A stretch of DNA of 63,322 bases, counting the filler, from Reclinomonas americana ATCC 50394 (Eukaryota): NCBI GenBank assembly GCA_048213135.1. It is 18 parts of 18 records of this genome, joined end to end, with 100 filler letters (N's around TTAATTAATTAA, not from the genome) between each part and the next. Parts side by side here need not be neighbours in the genome. Positions count along the whole stretch, not along the records: positions 20,787 to 28,938 come from AFZH01021849.1; positions 29,039 to 31,944 come from AFZH01021850.1; positions 32,045 to 33,626 come from AFZH01021851.1; positions 33,727 to 38,981 come from AFZH01021852.1; 14 more parts are not named here. One strand, 5' to 3'. The notes under the pieces are model-generated. The model worked only from the letters and a program-made list of their open reading frames with translations, was not told where the DNA came from and did no database searches. Of the stretch, positions 23,701 through 35,736 are shown piece by piece. How positions within the stretch are numbered: the stretch's first letter is position 1; every line of letters starts with the position of its first letter. A program made the position numbers and the translations under genes.

Positions 23701-26700
23701 TGAGACATGAAAGCGTTGGCGATTCGTCATTTTGCCGTACCTCCACGACCATTGTTGGTGGCCATATTATTCACGAACGAAGACTGGTCGATGACGTGCA
23801 GCTGCATGGAACACGTCAGCGCGACGGCATAACCGCAGAGAGAGCAATGGGAGAGAGAGAGAGAGAAGGTACCATGCCAGCCTTGTTGCCACATTGCATG
23901 TTCAGCAGCACTGCACCACCCCCGTTGAAATCACCGGTGCTTGGTGCCGTGTTTGCCGACGTTCCTGCAGAGTTGATTGGGCATCTCTCGGTGAGTGGCG
24001 CATAGACAGAGAAGTGAGCAGGCAGACGGATACCTCCGACGCCGTTGTCATCCGCATGATTACCGACAAACGAGCAGCCGGTGATGATCTGCGCATGCCC
24101 AGTCAGTGAGCACGAGACTAGTATTGCCATCAGAGGAGACACACGCAACCTGTGCCGACTGCGAGTTTCCGTTATTACCCATCGAAGTCAACACAGCGCC
24201 GCCACCAGAATATTGGAGATGAGCCTCGCCGCTATCGTCAGACATTCCGACTGCACACGACAATTAGATGCATGTGATACAAGGCAATAGCGAGACAGGC
24301 GTCACTCACCAACGCCATTGCGTGAAGCCTCGTTGTTTGTGAATACACAGGCGTGCAGATTCTACGCAGTGGAGATGAGATATCAGAGAGAAAGCACAAC
24401 TATTGCCTCTCAGTCACGAGGTGTGGGAGAGAGGCAGAGATTGAACACTCAGTCTACGTCACCGAGAAACGAGCACAACAAAGTGTGCGACCAGTCTCTT
24501 GCCACACATTAGTGAAAGAGAAGCAGAAAAGAACACAGTCCATCTCACAGAGAAACGAGCAACTGAAGATGCACGCCCTTTCTCCCACTCGCACAGGTAT
24601 TGAAGAGAGGAAGAGACCGGACACACAGTCTACATTGCAGGGAAACGAGCACAACGAAGTGTGCGACCAGTCTCCCACTACACAGGCATTACAGCGAGGC
24701 AGAAGGAACACACAGTGTTTAGAGTCTTTATCACAGAGAAATGAGAAAAGGTAAGCATTCGCCTGGTCTCTCACTAACAGGTACTGAAGACAGGCAGAGA
24801 CTGAACACACAGTCAATATCACAGAGAAATGAGCACGACAATAGTCTCTCACTCACACAAGCATGAGAGAGGGGCACAACGAACACACAGTCAATATCAC
24901 AAAGAAACAAGCACGACTACATGTACGCCTTCTCTCACTAACACTGGAAGAGAGGCAGAGACTGAACACACTGTCTGTATCACAGGGAAACGAGCACGAC
25001 TACATGTGCGCCTTGTCTCTCACTCACGCAGATATGAAAGACAAGCACAACGAACACTCAGTCCGTATCACTGAGAAACGAGCACGACTACAGGTGCACC
25101 CTGTCTGTCACTCACATGGAGGCAGCAAATGAACACACAGTCAATATCACAGAGAAACGAGCACGACTAACTGAGCGCCCTGTCTCCTGCCGCACTTGTA
25201 TGGAAAAAGAAGCAGGAAATGAATACAGAGGCGTGCAGGCTGCATAGTATTGTGAGAAGATATAATTGCGAAACGAGCTCCTCTGCATGCACCTTGTCTT
25301 CTCTCACACAAGTATGAAAAAAAGCAAGGGGTGACAGGTGGAGCAACGAACACTGACCCTCCTACCCTTAATCTCCCTCCCACGCTCCCTCCCTCCCTCC
25401 CTGACCCCCGTGCCCTTTATCTCCCTCCCTCTCCCTTCCCCACCCTGCCCTTCTCTTCCCACCTGCGTGATTAACGACTCATCGCTGTTGAAGGCGGTGA
25501 GAATCGCACCACCGCCCATGTAGGCCGCATTGACCACAGACGTCGTCCCGAGCTCTACCCGCAACGCGCAAATTGAGTCCCCCACAACAGTAAGACATCT
25601 ACTGCTCAGCATGCACGCACCACTACCGCCATTGTCGTTCGCCGCATTGCTGGTAAACTCCGTGCCCGTCACATTCTGAATCGCATCACCGCCGTACGCC
25701 GCGAACGCCGTCCACATCGCGCCGCCACCCACAGAGCCGCCGCTGATCGACGATGAGGGACAGTAGCTGCCGCCACGCCCGAGACGGACGACAGAGTTAC
25801 CCGTGAAGACGCTGTCGCGAATTGTTTGAGACTGCACCCACCGAGATGAGTCAAACAGGATCGTTTGCAAGGACGAGTGATCTTGGTGGCGCGCAACGTG
25901 AGTCGGCCACTCAAAGACGTCGCCCGTGAACAGCGACCACATGGCACCGCCGCCAGCCGAACCACCTCTTGAGTCACACGAAGCCGAACCAGCCAGGAAT
26001 CCTGCAAAACCTGTGAGTATCTCGACGCATCCTTGCAGCTGCGCACACGCATAACGACACGAACCACCAATGGCACTGTCCGTCGCCGTATTGTTAGTAA
26101 ACTCGCAGCGATCCACTGCTTGCGTCTGTGACAGGGGCGTGAGACCATCTGCGTCGAAAGAAGAGCGCCGGCGAGTCACGAAACTGCCGATGTGAGAAAG
26201 ACTGTGAACACCGCTCCTCCGCCGACTCCTGCGGCCGTCACCGAGGCCGAGTTCTTGCAACTCGTGCCACTCGTCGCCACGTTGCTCACCACGTTGGAGT
26301 GGAAAGTAGAGCGCGAGAGCTGCGGAAGAGTGTGAGTCCCAGCAAGTCAAGCAATCCATCGGCAAATGAAGCGCAAACAAACCTCCATGGTCAGCGGCTC
26401 GGGCTCGTCAAATATTCTAAACGTGGCAAACACAGCGCCGCCGCCACTGGCCACAAACTTGTTGACGTCGGCGAGGGAACTCGGAATGTCCGTGCCCACA
26501 ATGTCGCACGACGCAGATGAGCCACTGTCACATGGCAAGTCAGCAGAAAAAGAGGAAGCCTCGACTCATACACACATGCATCACCACGCAACTAGCCTCC
26601 ACGACAGACACTGACGACGCTATTGTCTCTCATTTGCGAGTCGGCAATCTGCGCCACACGACACGATCAGGCCCTTCCCCCTGCTCCACCAAGCATGTCT

Positions 26701-28795
26701 CCCTCTCTCACCGTCAACGACAGGGCCGACTTGATATACACCGCACCTCCGCCGCACTCGTAGCCAGAGCTGCCGTCGGTGTTGAAATCGCCGCCGTTGC
26801 ACGAGCTGACAACCGAGTTGCCGACAAGAGTGCAATTTGAGAACTGCGAATAAGGGGGTGAGCACCATCACACACCCTTCAAACCCACAAGCACGCTCCT
26901 CTCACCGAGTAACGGCCGCGTGCCACACTGCTGTACAAGGCACCGCCTCCACTCTCCACTCCCCCCTGGCTCATCAGTTCACACGGACTGCCAAACTCGC
27001 ACGAGTAGCCGTTGGCCGAGTCGGAGACGTGATTGTCGGCCAACACGGAGTCGCGCACGGTGACATTGACGGGCGCATCGGTGATGGTGCCTCCTGTGAT
27101 TTGCAGTGCGCCACCACCGATTCCCGAGCGGCCGGCGGCGGCGTCCAGCGATCCATTGCCCGAGTGCACCACTCGATTGTGTCGAAACTCGGAAGCAGTT
27201 ACCTCCACAAACCCATCGTACAGCACCACCGCCACCGCACCGCCGCCGGCATTATTAAAGGGCACGCCAGCGACCGTGTTGTTGGTGAATGTGCACTCCC
27301 GCAGCGTCACATTCAGCACACCGACCTCCCCCAGATCGTTAATGTCGCCAGCAATGTACATGGCGCCGCCGGCGCCGCCAGCACCCTCCACAATACTGTC
27401 AGCAGCGCCGCCCACCACCGCCACTGTGTTGTTGCTCATGGTGACACGCACGAGTTCCACCACCGTCACCACCGCCGCCGTCTGCTCCACATGCAGTGCG
27501 GCACCAAAGGCCTGCCACGGCGCACGCACCGAGCAGTTGAAAAACACCGAGTCCTGCACGCTCACCAGGCGCACATCACCGACAATCGACAGCGCCGAAC
27601 CTCCATCGCTGGCAGAGTGGAAGCCCACAAACACCGAACCGAGCACCTCCACCACACCGCCCGCACTGCTGGCCAACACCACCCCCGCAGCTGCGCCCGT
27701 GAATGTACAGTTGCTCAACCGCGCCACCGACTCCTCCATTGCCATTTCTTCCTGCTCCCACACCAGAAACGGCGCAGAGGTACTAATGACGTCCGCCACG
27801 GTCGTGACGGTGAGGCCCGAGATTGACAGCTGCGTTGCATTGCGAAACAGCCACAGAGGGAGATCTTCGTCAGCAGCAGCAGCAGCTGGCACCAGCAACT
27901 CCACAGCATCGGCCTCGACGTGCACATCACGCCCTGCACGCACAGTGAGCACAGAGGGAAGAAGGGAGAGAGCGAGAAAAGACGGATTCGACCGCACCGA
28001 ACACGCGCATCGCACAATCGACCTCGCCCACACAATCATACACACCCGCCTCCATGTGCACCACCAGCGCCCACGACAGATCCTCACTCGCAAACTCCCA
28101 CTGCTCACATCGCGAGAGCGCATCACGGAGCGCGCACGGTTGATCCGCAGTCGATCCGCATTCATCGGTGCCAGATCGCCAGCTCACAAACACTGATGTT
28201 GCTAATGAGAGAGAAGAGGGAAGCGCGAGATGGGGAGAAAGGGAGGGCGAATGACGAACCATGACAATCGGGGCTCCCGTGTGCGCATAATGCAATCACT
28301 GGTGACAATGTGAGATACAGCGTGCAGGGAAAGGAGAGGAGAAGGTAGAGGAGAGGGAGAGAGAGGGTGGAAAGAGGAGAAGGAGGAGGAGAGGAGGAGC
28401 AGAGGGAGAGTTCGAAACGAGAAGACGAGAAACAGTGAAGAAAGCAAGAGATATGAGGGAGAAGAAGAGGAGAGGAAGAGGAGGAGAGGCATCAGTGAAC
28501 AGAGTGGCAAGAGAAAGGCAGGAGAGAAGAGCGGACGAGACACAGAGAAGAATAAAGAAGATGGAGAGGGAAGAGAAGAGAGATCGAGCTGCAGAGAAGC
28601 GAAGAGGATTAGGGAGAGGAGGAGGGTGCGACAGGCAGCAGTGAACAGAGTGGCAACAGAAGAGACAGGAGAAGAGCGGACGAGATACAGAGAAGAACAA
28701 AGAGAGAACGAGAACGCGATGCAGGGAAGAGAAGAGATGCAGAGAAGGTGATGAAGACAGACAGGCAGCAGTGGAACAGTGAGTGGGAAAGAGAC

Positions 28796-28837
<42 letters not shown>

Positions 28838-28880
28838 CTCAACAGACAAGCAGCCACCACACGCATACGCAGAGGCGCAT
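20787..28880 (-). CDS. Large secreted polymorphic-membrane-protein-like (GGA[I/L/V]/FxxN repeat, right-handed beta-helix) protein, 3' truncated by gap
   Basis: Spliced N-terminus MRLCVCVWWLLVLIALCAHGS is signal-peptide-like. Dozens of GGGAV/GGGVY and CxFxxNxA motifs occur across many exons, e.g. ORFs 26879-28165 and 20735-22081. Confidence 0.85.
24380..25310 (+). repeat. Intronic degenerate tandem repeat (approx. 60-bp unit, CACAGAGAAACGAGCAC core)
   Basis: Core recurs roughly every 60 bp in the long intron of the Pmp-like gene. Confidence 0.8.
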
Positions 28881-29492
28881 GCCTTCGCTTGCTCGTCTTC
28901 TTCTGTTGCACAGGACACATTCTGTCACTCTTTCTCACNNNNNNNNNNNNNNNNNNNNNNNNNNNNNNNNNNNNNNNNNNNNTTAATTAATTAANNNNNN
29001 NNNNNNNNNNNNNNNNNNNNNNNNNNNNNNNNNNNNNNGGAGAGAGTGCAGAAGCAAGAGACCTCAGAGAGCGAAGACAGGGACTCTCTGTCTGCCCTCT
29101 CTTCTCCGTCTCTCTCTCTCACTTTCACTCTCAGTCTCTCGCAGTCCCTCTATCTCTGTCATTCTGCTCTCTTCAGTCTCTCTCTCCGTACAGTCTCTCT
29201 CTCTCTCTCTTCCTCTTTTCCTTTCTCTCTTCCTCTCTCGCGCTTCTCTCCATTGCATTCCACTCCACACTCTGCAGTCACTGACTCCCTCGTGGAGAGA
29301 AGCTGGGGGAGAGACAGACTGCAGCGAGGGGATGAGAGAAAACGAGAGAGTCCCCGTCGCCACTCTCTAGTCTCTTGTTTCAGTGCTCTCCTTCTCTATT
29401 CATCTCGCCTCTCCTCTCTCTTTCTCTCTTTCTATTCCCATCCCCCTCTTTCACCATCTTCCCTCCCCTCGCTTTCATTCCTGTCTTGCTTG

Positions 29493-29528
<36 letters not shown>

Positions 29529-29877
29529 TCTCCCTATGTCTGTCTGTCTCTCTCCGTCTCTCTCCCCCTCTCCCCCTTGTCCCCTTTGTATTCCGCTCTC
29601 CGCAGTGTCTCTCGCAGCCAATTGGTGCTGCTGATTGTGTTTGAGAGACAGAGGATGGCTGCTGTGCCCTCCTCCTGTCCTTCTGTCTTTCGCACTCAAT
29701 CTCTTCTCCCTCTCTTTCAATCTCACTCCTCACTCCTTTCCTTGTCCCTTACTGCGCCCTCCTTTCCCCCCATACCCTCTTATTTCTCCCTGTCCTCCCT
29801 CCTTCCCTTTTTCCCTCCCCCTTCTCCCCTTTCTCTCCCCTTCTCCTTTCCCTCAACCCTCTTCCCCTCCCACGCAG

Positions 29878-30611
29878 TGGTGGTCCACGCCTTTGTCAGC
29901 CCCCGCCGCGGCATCCCCTTCAAACTCTGGCCCGCCGCCGCCGCCCTGTGCACCTTCATCGAACGCGAGGCAGTGCGCGAAGAACGCATCAGCGGGCGCA
30001 TGGTGGTGGAGTTGGGTGCCGGCACCGGGCTGGTGGGCTTGGTCGCCGGCGCGCTGGGAGCCGGAGCGGTGCTGCTTACTGATTTGGAGATTGGTGCTGT
30101 TCTTTTGCCACCGCTCCATCCTTTCCCCCCATTTTGCTCATCACCTCCCCAACAGTGGTGCCACACATGGAGCGCAACATTGAGGTGAATCGCGAGCACG
30201 GCACGGAGTGTGGCAACGTGCAGGCGCACGCGTTGCCGTGGGGCCAGCCGCTGGCACTGCTGCCGAGTGCGATTGACACAGTGTTGCTGGCCGACTGCGT
30301 GTACTGGGAGACGTTGTTTGAGCCGCTCGTGAGCACCATGGTCGATCTGTGTCGGTGGAATCTGGAGGTGTGTGCTTATAAATCTCCAATTCCCTCTTTG
30401 TCTCCTTTGCTGACCCGAGTGGTTGTTGCAGCGCGGAGCCGATCCACCCGTGTTCCTCATGTGCCAGGTGCGACGGCGGCGTCGCGTGGAGAATCGCTTC
30501 TTCGGCTTGCTGAAGAAGCGTGGTTTTGTGTATCCAATGGTGGATCGCATCGCCAGCGAGAACATTCGTGCCGGGTGTGCCTTGTATCGCATCGAGTACA
30601 CGAAACGGTGA
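29878..30611 (+). CDS. Seven-beta-strand protein-lysine methyltransferase, METTL21/Methyltransf_16 family (5' exon not resolved)
   Basis: KLWPAA, VVELGAGTGLVG, VLLTDL, LPWG, LADCVY motifs over three exons; stop at 30609-30611. Confidence 0.88.
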
Positions 30612-31125
30612 TGTGTTGCGAGGAGAGTCAGCATGCATGCATTCATGGTTTATCGCATTGTTAGGCGAGTACACTCGAGCCGAGTGTGCTTTGATGAAAC
30701 GGTGATGTGTTTGAGGCGAGTCGTGCATCCAATGGTGGATCGCATCGCCAGCGAGAACATTCGTGCCGAGTGTGCTTTGACGAAGCGACCATGTGTAGCG
30801 AGGAGAGTCAGCAGGCATGCATTCGTGCATCCAGTGGCTGATCTCATTGCCAGCGAGAACATTCGAGCCGCGTACGCCTTGTATGGCATCGAGTACACGA
30901 AACGGTGATGTGTTTGAGGAGTGTCAGCAGGCATGCATTCGTGGTTTTTCGCATTGGCAGGCGAGAACATGCGTGCCAAGTGTGCCTTGACGTAACGGTG
31001 ATGTGTTTTGAATCAGCAGGCATTCATTCGTGCATCAGGCGTTGGATCGCATCGCCAGCGAGAACACTCGAGCCGTGTGTCCCTTTACGAAACGGTGATG
31101 TGTGTCAGCAGGCATGCATTCATTC
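30525..31125 (+). repeat. About six degenerate tandem copies (approx. 75-120 bp) of the methyltransferase 3' coding end and 3' UTR
   Basis: Recurring GGATCGCATCGCCAGCGAGAACATTCG...ACGAAACGGTGATGTG...TCAGCAGGCATGCATTC. One copy still encodes ADLIASENIRAAYALYGIEYTKR*. Confidence 0.85.
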
Positions 31126-31244
31126 ATTCCGACCACAAGCACGCACGTACACAGACAAGACTAGCTGGCATTCATATAAGAGAGGGGAGATAGAGAAACA
31201 CACAAATTCATGGTTACACAGAAGAGAAGAGAGAGAGAGGAGCA

Positions 31245-34200
31245 TTATGCGTACGCCTTGATTTCTTGCAGCAGCCGTCGACTTTCGGAGACAAAGTCTA
31301 CCGGTGAGTGCTCCACCACCACGGCCTTGATGCGCTTCTCGCCATTGACGTCCTCGGCCTTGACCCTCAACTTGACATTCAGTTGCTGGAAGAGTGCCTC
31401 GTCGGCAATCGCCTTTTTGCCAGCGGGGTTGCCCTGCGCGATGCACACAGACGATGAGAATCAAATGTCGCGCATACTGTCGCCTTCTTCCTTCTTCTGT
31501 CATCCTCCTCTTCTTGTCTTCTCTTCCCTCTTCTTCCTTATTCTGCTATCCTCTCATTCTTCCTTCTGCTCTCTCTATCATCCTCTCATCTTCTCACTAG
31601 GCACAATGTCCTCGTCTTTTCCTCCTATCTCCTCCTCTTCTCCACTTCTCGTCTTCTCTCTTCCCCGTTCTTCCTTCTTTTCTGCTATCCTCTCACTCTT
31701 CCGCTCTCTCCATCATCCTCTTGTTCTTTCTCTTCTGCTCCCATCTACTCTTCTCATCTTCTCTCTTCCTCCGTCTTCCTTATTCTTCGTTCTTCTTCCT
31801 TCTTCTGTATCATCCTCCTGTTCTTCCCCTTCTGCTCTTATCTCCTCTTCTCATCTTCCCATCTTCTCTCTTCCCCCTTCCTCCTTTTTCTCTGCCATCC
31901 TCGTATTCTTTCCCTTCTCCTCCCTTCCTTCTCTTTCTCATTCANNNNNNNNNNNNNNNNNNNNNNNNNNNNNNNNNNNNNNNNNNNNTTAATTAATTAA
32001 NNNNNNNNNNNNNNNNNNNNNNNNNNNNNNNNNNNNNNNNNNNNAGAGAGGAGGAGGAGGAGGGAGGGAAGGGAAGGAGAGAGAGAGAGAGAGAGAGGAC
32101 AGAGAAGCGGGGAAGAGACAGTAAGAGCGAGAGAAGAGGGAAGGGCTCCGAAAAGAAAAAACACACATTGATCTCAACGCCACGAGAGAAGGAGAACATG
32201 AAAGAAGCACTGTCCTTCTCGCCAACGCTAAGAGAGAGACACAGACCAAAGCAAGGAAGAAAACACCGATCTTTCGAGGAAGACGGAAGCCCGGACCTTA
32301 TCGCAAAAGCCAGAGACACAGAGAGAAAGATAAAGAAAGAGAATGGAGAGGCAGGGCTCTGAAACAAGGAGAACCGATGACCTTTACACCAATCCACATA
32401 CAGCGTGAGAGGAAAACAGAAAATACGAAAGAAGCACTGCCCTACGCTGCGCAGCGAGGAAGAGATACAGAGTGAGAGGCAGAGTATGTGTGCATGAAGC
32501 ATATCTTTCTCTCTTTATGGCTCAGTGGAAGCAACTCCTCTTTCACTTTCCCCAATGCCTCTCTCTCCCTCCCCCACCCTTCCCCTTCCTTCTCCCTCCC
32601 CCTCTTCCCCTTCCTTCTCCCTCCCCCTCTTCCCCCTTCTTCCCCCTCCTGACCTTCTCGCCAAAGCCCAACTGCTCCCGATCAATCTGCAGCAGCATCT
32701 TGTGCGGGGTGCTGCGTGGACCACCCTGGCCGCCAAACGACGACGCCATGCCTTCGCCGACCGGCGAAAACGACTCGTGACGACCGGCGGAATCGTACCA
32801 CGCACGCAGGCGGTACACGTCGTCGTTCGGGGCGTTGATCAGCACCTGCGACGACATCATGCTGCTCAGCGAGCGGCCTGTGCAGGAGAGTGATGTGAGT
32901 GAGCGACAAAACAAGACAGGCAAAAGAGGAAGCGATGAGGATGTTCGGGGAAGTGGCGATGCAGAAGGCAAAGCAGGAAGCGCGAAGGAGGAGGCACTGC
33001 AGCGGGCCGAAGTGGTAGAAAAGCAGGAGGGGAAGCTGAAGACAAAGCCATGAGCCCTCCAGCTCTCGTTTTCTCTCTCTTTCTTTCTTTCTTTCTTTCT
33101 CTCTCTCTCTCTCGCTGTCGTGATCAAGAAACAAGGCAGGATGCGAAGCAAATGACCAGCGTCACTCACTCACTGACTCAGGAGTCCCTTCTTTACCTCC
33201 TTCCCTTTTTACCCCCTTCACTCTTTCCCCCCTTCAATCTTTCCCCCCTTCCCTCTTTACCTTCCTTCCCTCTTTACCTCCTTCCCTCTTTTCCCCCTTC
33301 CCTCTTTACCTCCTTCCCTCTTTTCCCCTTACCTCTTCACCCCCTTACCTCTTCATCTCCCGTCCCTCTTTTTCCCCTTACCTCTTCACCCCCTTACCTC
33401 TTCACCCCCTTACCTCTTCACCCCCCTTCCCTCTTCACCCGCCTTCCCTCTTAACCACGCAATTTTCTCTCTCTCAACACGTCGATAGAGACGCCGCGGC
33501 TGACGGTCTCCATTAACTCGGCCAATTTATGTGTGTCTCTTCTCTCTCCCTCCCTCCCTTCCTCTCTCGCTCTCTCCATTTCTCCCTCTGCCTCCCTTCC
33601 CTCTCACCCCCGCCCTTCCCTTCCCTNNNNNNNNNNNNNNNNNNNNNNNNNNNNNNNNNNNNNNNNNNNNTTAATTAATTAANNNNNNNNNNNNNNNNNN
33701 NNNNNNNNNNNNNNNNNNNNNNNNNNAATGTGAGGAGGAGGAAGGTAAGCAGGTGGGAAGGTCGTCGACAAAAACGAGGAGATGTGGCACGCACCGAAGT
33801 GTCCTCGGCCACCAAATCAATGGTCGACTGTCGCTCGTCGAGAGTGATCTCGTAGTCGTTGCGGGTCGAGTTGAACTTGGCGTTGGCGTGCTTGATGGCG
33901 CCGCCGCTGATAATGTACACGCTGTTGACCTGGATCAGCGGCTCGAACTTGTCGACGGCGTCCTTGAAGCAGGTGAGACGGATCTCGCCGCCCTGCACAC
34001 ACTCTGAGGTGAGAGAGAGAAGGAGCAGGGCGAGGGAAAGGGGGAAAGAAAGCGCAACGTAGTTGTCGACCACGTCAAAGCTGAAGAGGCGACCGGTGCC
34101 GCGCTCGTTGGTCCACGTGCGCACCTGGCCCTTGTTGGTGACGCGACCCTTGATGGTCCAGCGCGTCGAGTACAGCGTGAGCGACTGGATCGGCATCACC

Positions 34201-35480
34201 GCCTGCTGCGACACGCGCTGTACGGGGCCCGAGGCAGAGCCGCCGTACGACGACATCGGTGGCGGTGGGGCCGCAGCCGACTGGTACGCCGGGCGCGATG
34301 GGGCGGCCGCCGTGACCGGCACGCTCGCTGCCGTGGCCGCCGACTGGGTGGTCTGTGGAGGAGGACATAAGTTGTGCGCAGGCAAGAGGTGGAAGTGGGG
34401 GTGCACTCACCACCGACTTCAGCACATTCTCGTCGAGGCGAGTGGGGGTGCCGACGCGAGGGTACACACCGAGGGGTTGCACGCCCATCACGAACAGGAC
34501 GCTGTGGCGAGGCGGGTAAGGGGAAGGGGAAGGGGAAGGGAGATGAAGGCAAAGGAGAAAGAGAGAGGAGAGGGAGGAGAGAGGGAAGAAGGGGAGGAAA
34601 AGGGGAGGAGTGTGGGGAAAGTGCAACGACGAAAAGGAGTGAGTGGAGGCAAGTGAGAAGAGACGAGAGAAGGGAAGCGTGCAGCGATCGAAATGCACGA
34701 AGCGAGAGGCCAACAGAAGAGAAGGCAGCAGAAACGCTTGTCTGGGCTCGCTGCCAGTTGTGAAGCGACAAGCGAGAAAGAGAAGAGGGAGAGTGGAAAA
34801 GAGCACAAAGGGTCCCCTCGCACTCCAATAAGAATGATAACAATGAGAGAGGAGAGAAAGCAGTTCGTGAAGGAGGCGAGCGAGAGGAAACATGCGCGAT
34901 GACGGCTCGCATCACGCGCTGTCAGTCACCGAGAGGCAAGAAGAGTGAAGCAGAGAACAGAGCACAGAAAGGTCGATTTGAGCTCTCCTTTCCCTCTCTC
35001 TCACGCCACACACATACACACCGACGACTGCCGACAGCCTCCAGCATGTAATCAGTGAGACCTACCACAGAAGGAGTGAGAGAGAGCACACACACAAACA
35101 CTCACACACAAACGAAATCTCAACGAATGACAATGTCCTTGACCAGCGGCTGCGTGGATGCCTCTGCCGCATGCGGCGCAAGCATCGCCTGGTAGTAGTG
35201 CGCGCCATCAGAGAGCACAACTCTGTGCACAGAAGAGAGAAGTGAGTGTGATGGCAAACCCCCCCACCACAAAACACACGCGCTCTCTCTTCTCTCTCTG
35301 TGTGTTGCTCTCTCTCTCTCTTCTCTCCTCCTTCCCCACACACACACACCTCTGTCGCGGAGGGGCGCCGTCGTGCGTCTCCAACAACTTGATGTCCACC
35401 ATCTGCACCACCGGGTTGGGCGGGTTCAGCCCATTCAGAATATCCACCAAACACCCCGTGCTCAACGTCGGCGCGTCCAT
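31245..35480 (-). CDS. RPA1: Replication protein A 70 kDa subunit (spans two linkers, some exons in gaps)
   Basis: MDAPTLSTG..PVVQMVDIK, VVLSDG..YQAMLA, PIQSLTLYSTRWTIKGRVTNKGQVRTW..GRLFSFD, GGEIRLTCF..VDKF, LRAWYD, C-terminal LRVKAE..GEKRIK..VDFVSESRRLL. Confidence 0.95.
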
Positions 35481-35736
35481 CACAAATCAACAAGAACAAA
35501 GACAGAGAGAGAGAGTGTGTGTGCGCGCTTCAACTCGCGAGAAAGGCAAACGGGACAATGCGAGTGCGGGAGACTCGAGCACCACCGGACAGATGCATCT
35601 GTCCACAGATTCTCGCACACGATACTTTTCGCTGCCTTTCCGCACGCGATAACCTTTCACTTTCTCTCTCTTTTCTTGCTACTTTCTCTGTGTGCTGATT
35701 GTCGTGCGTGACTTTCTGGGGCTTTTCGAAAAAAAC

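Noticed and set aside
30525..31125. CRISPR array
   Set aside because: Units are degenerate whole-length duplicates without unique spacers, there are no cas genes, and the context is eukaryotic.
31245..35480. Functional clustering of RPA1 with the CTC1-like gene
   Set aside because: They are more than 20 kb apart with unrelated genes between; there is no evidence beyond coincidence.
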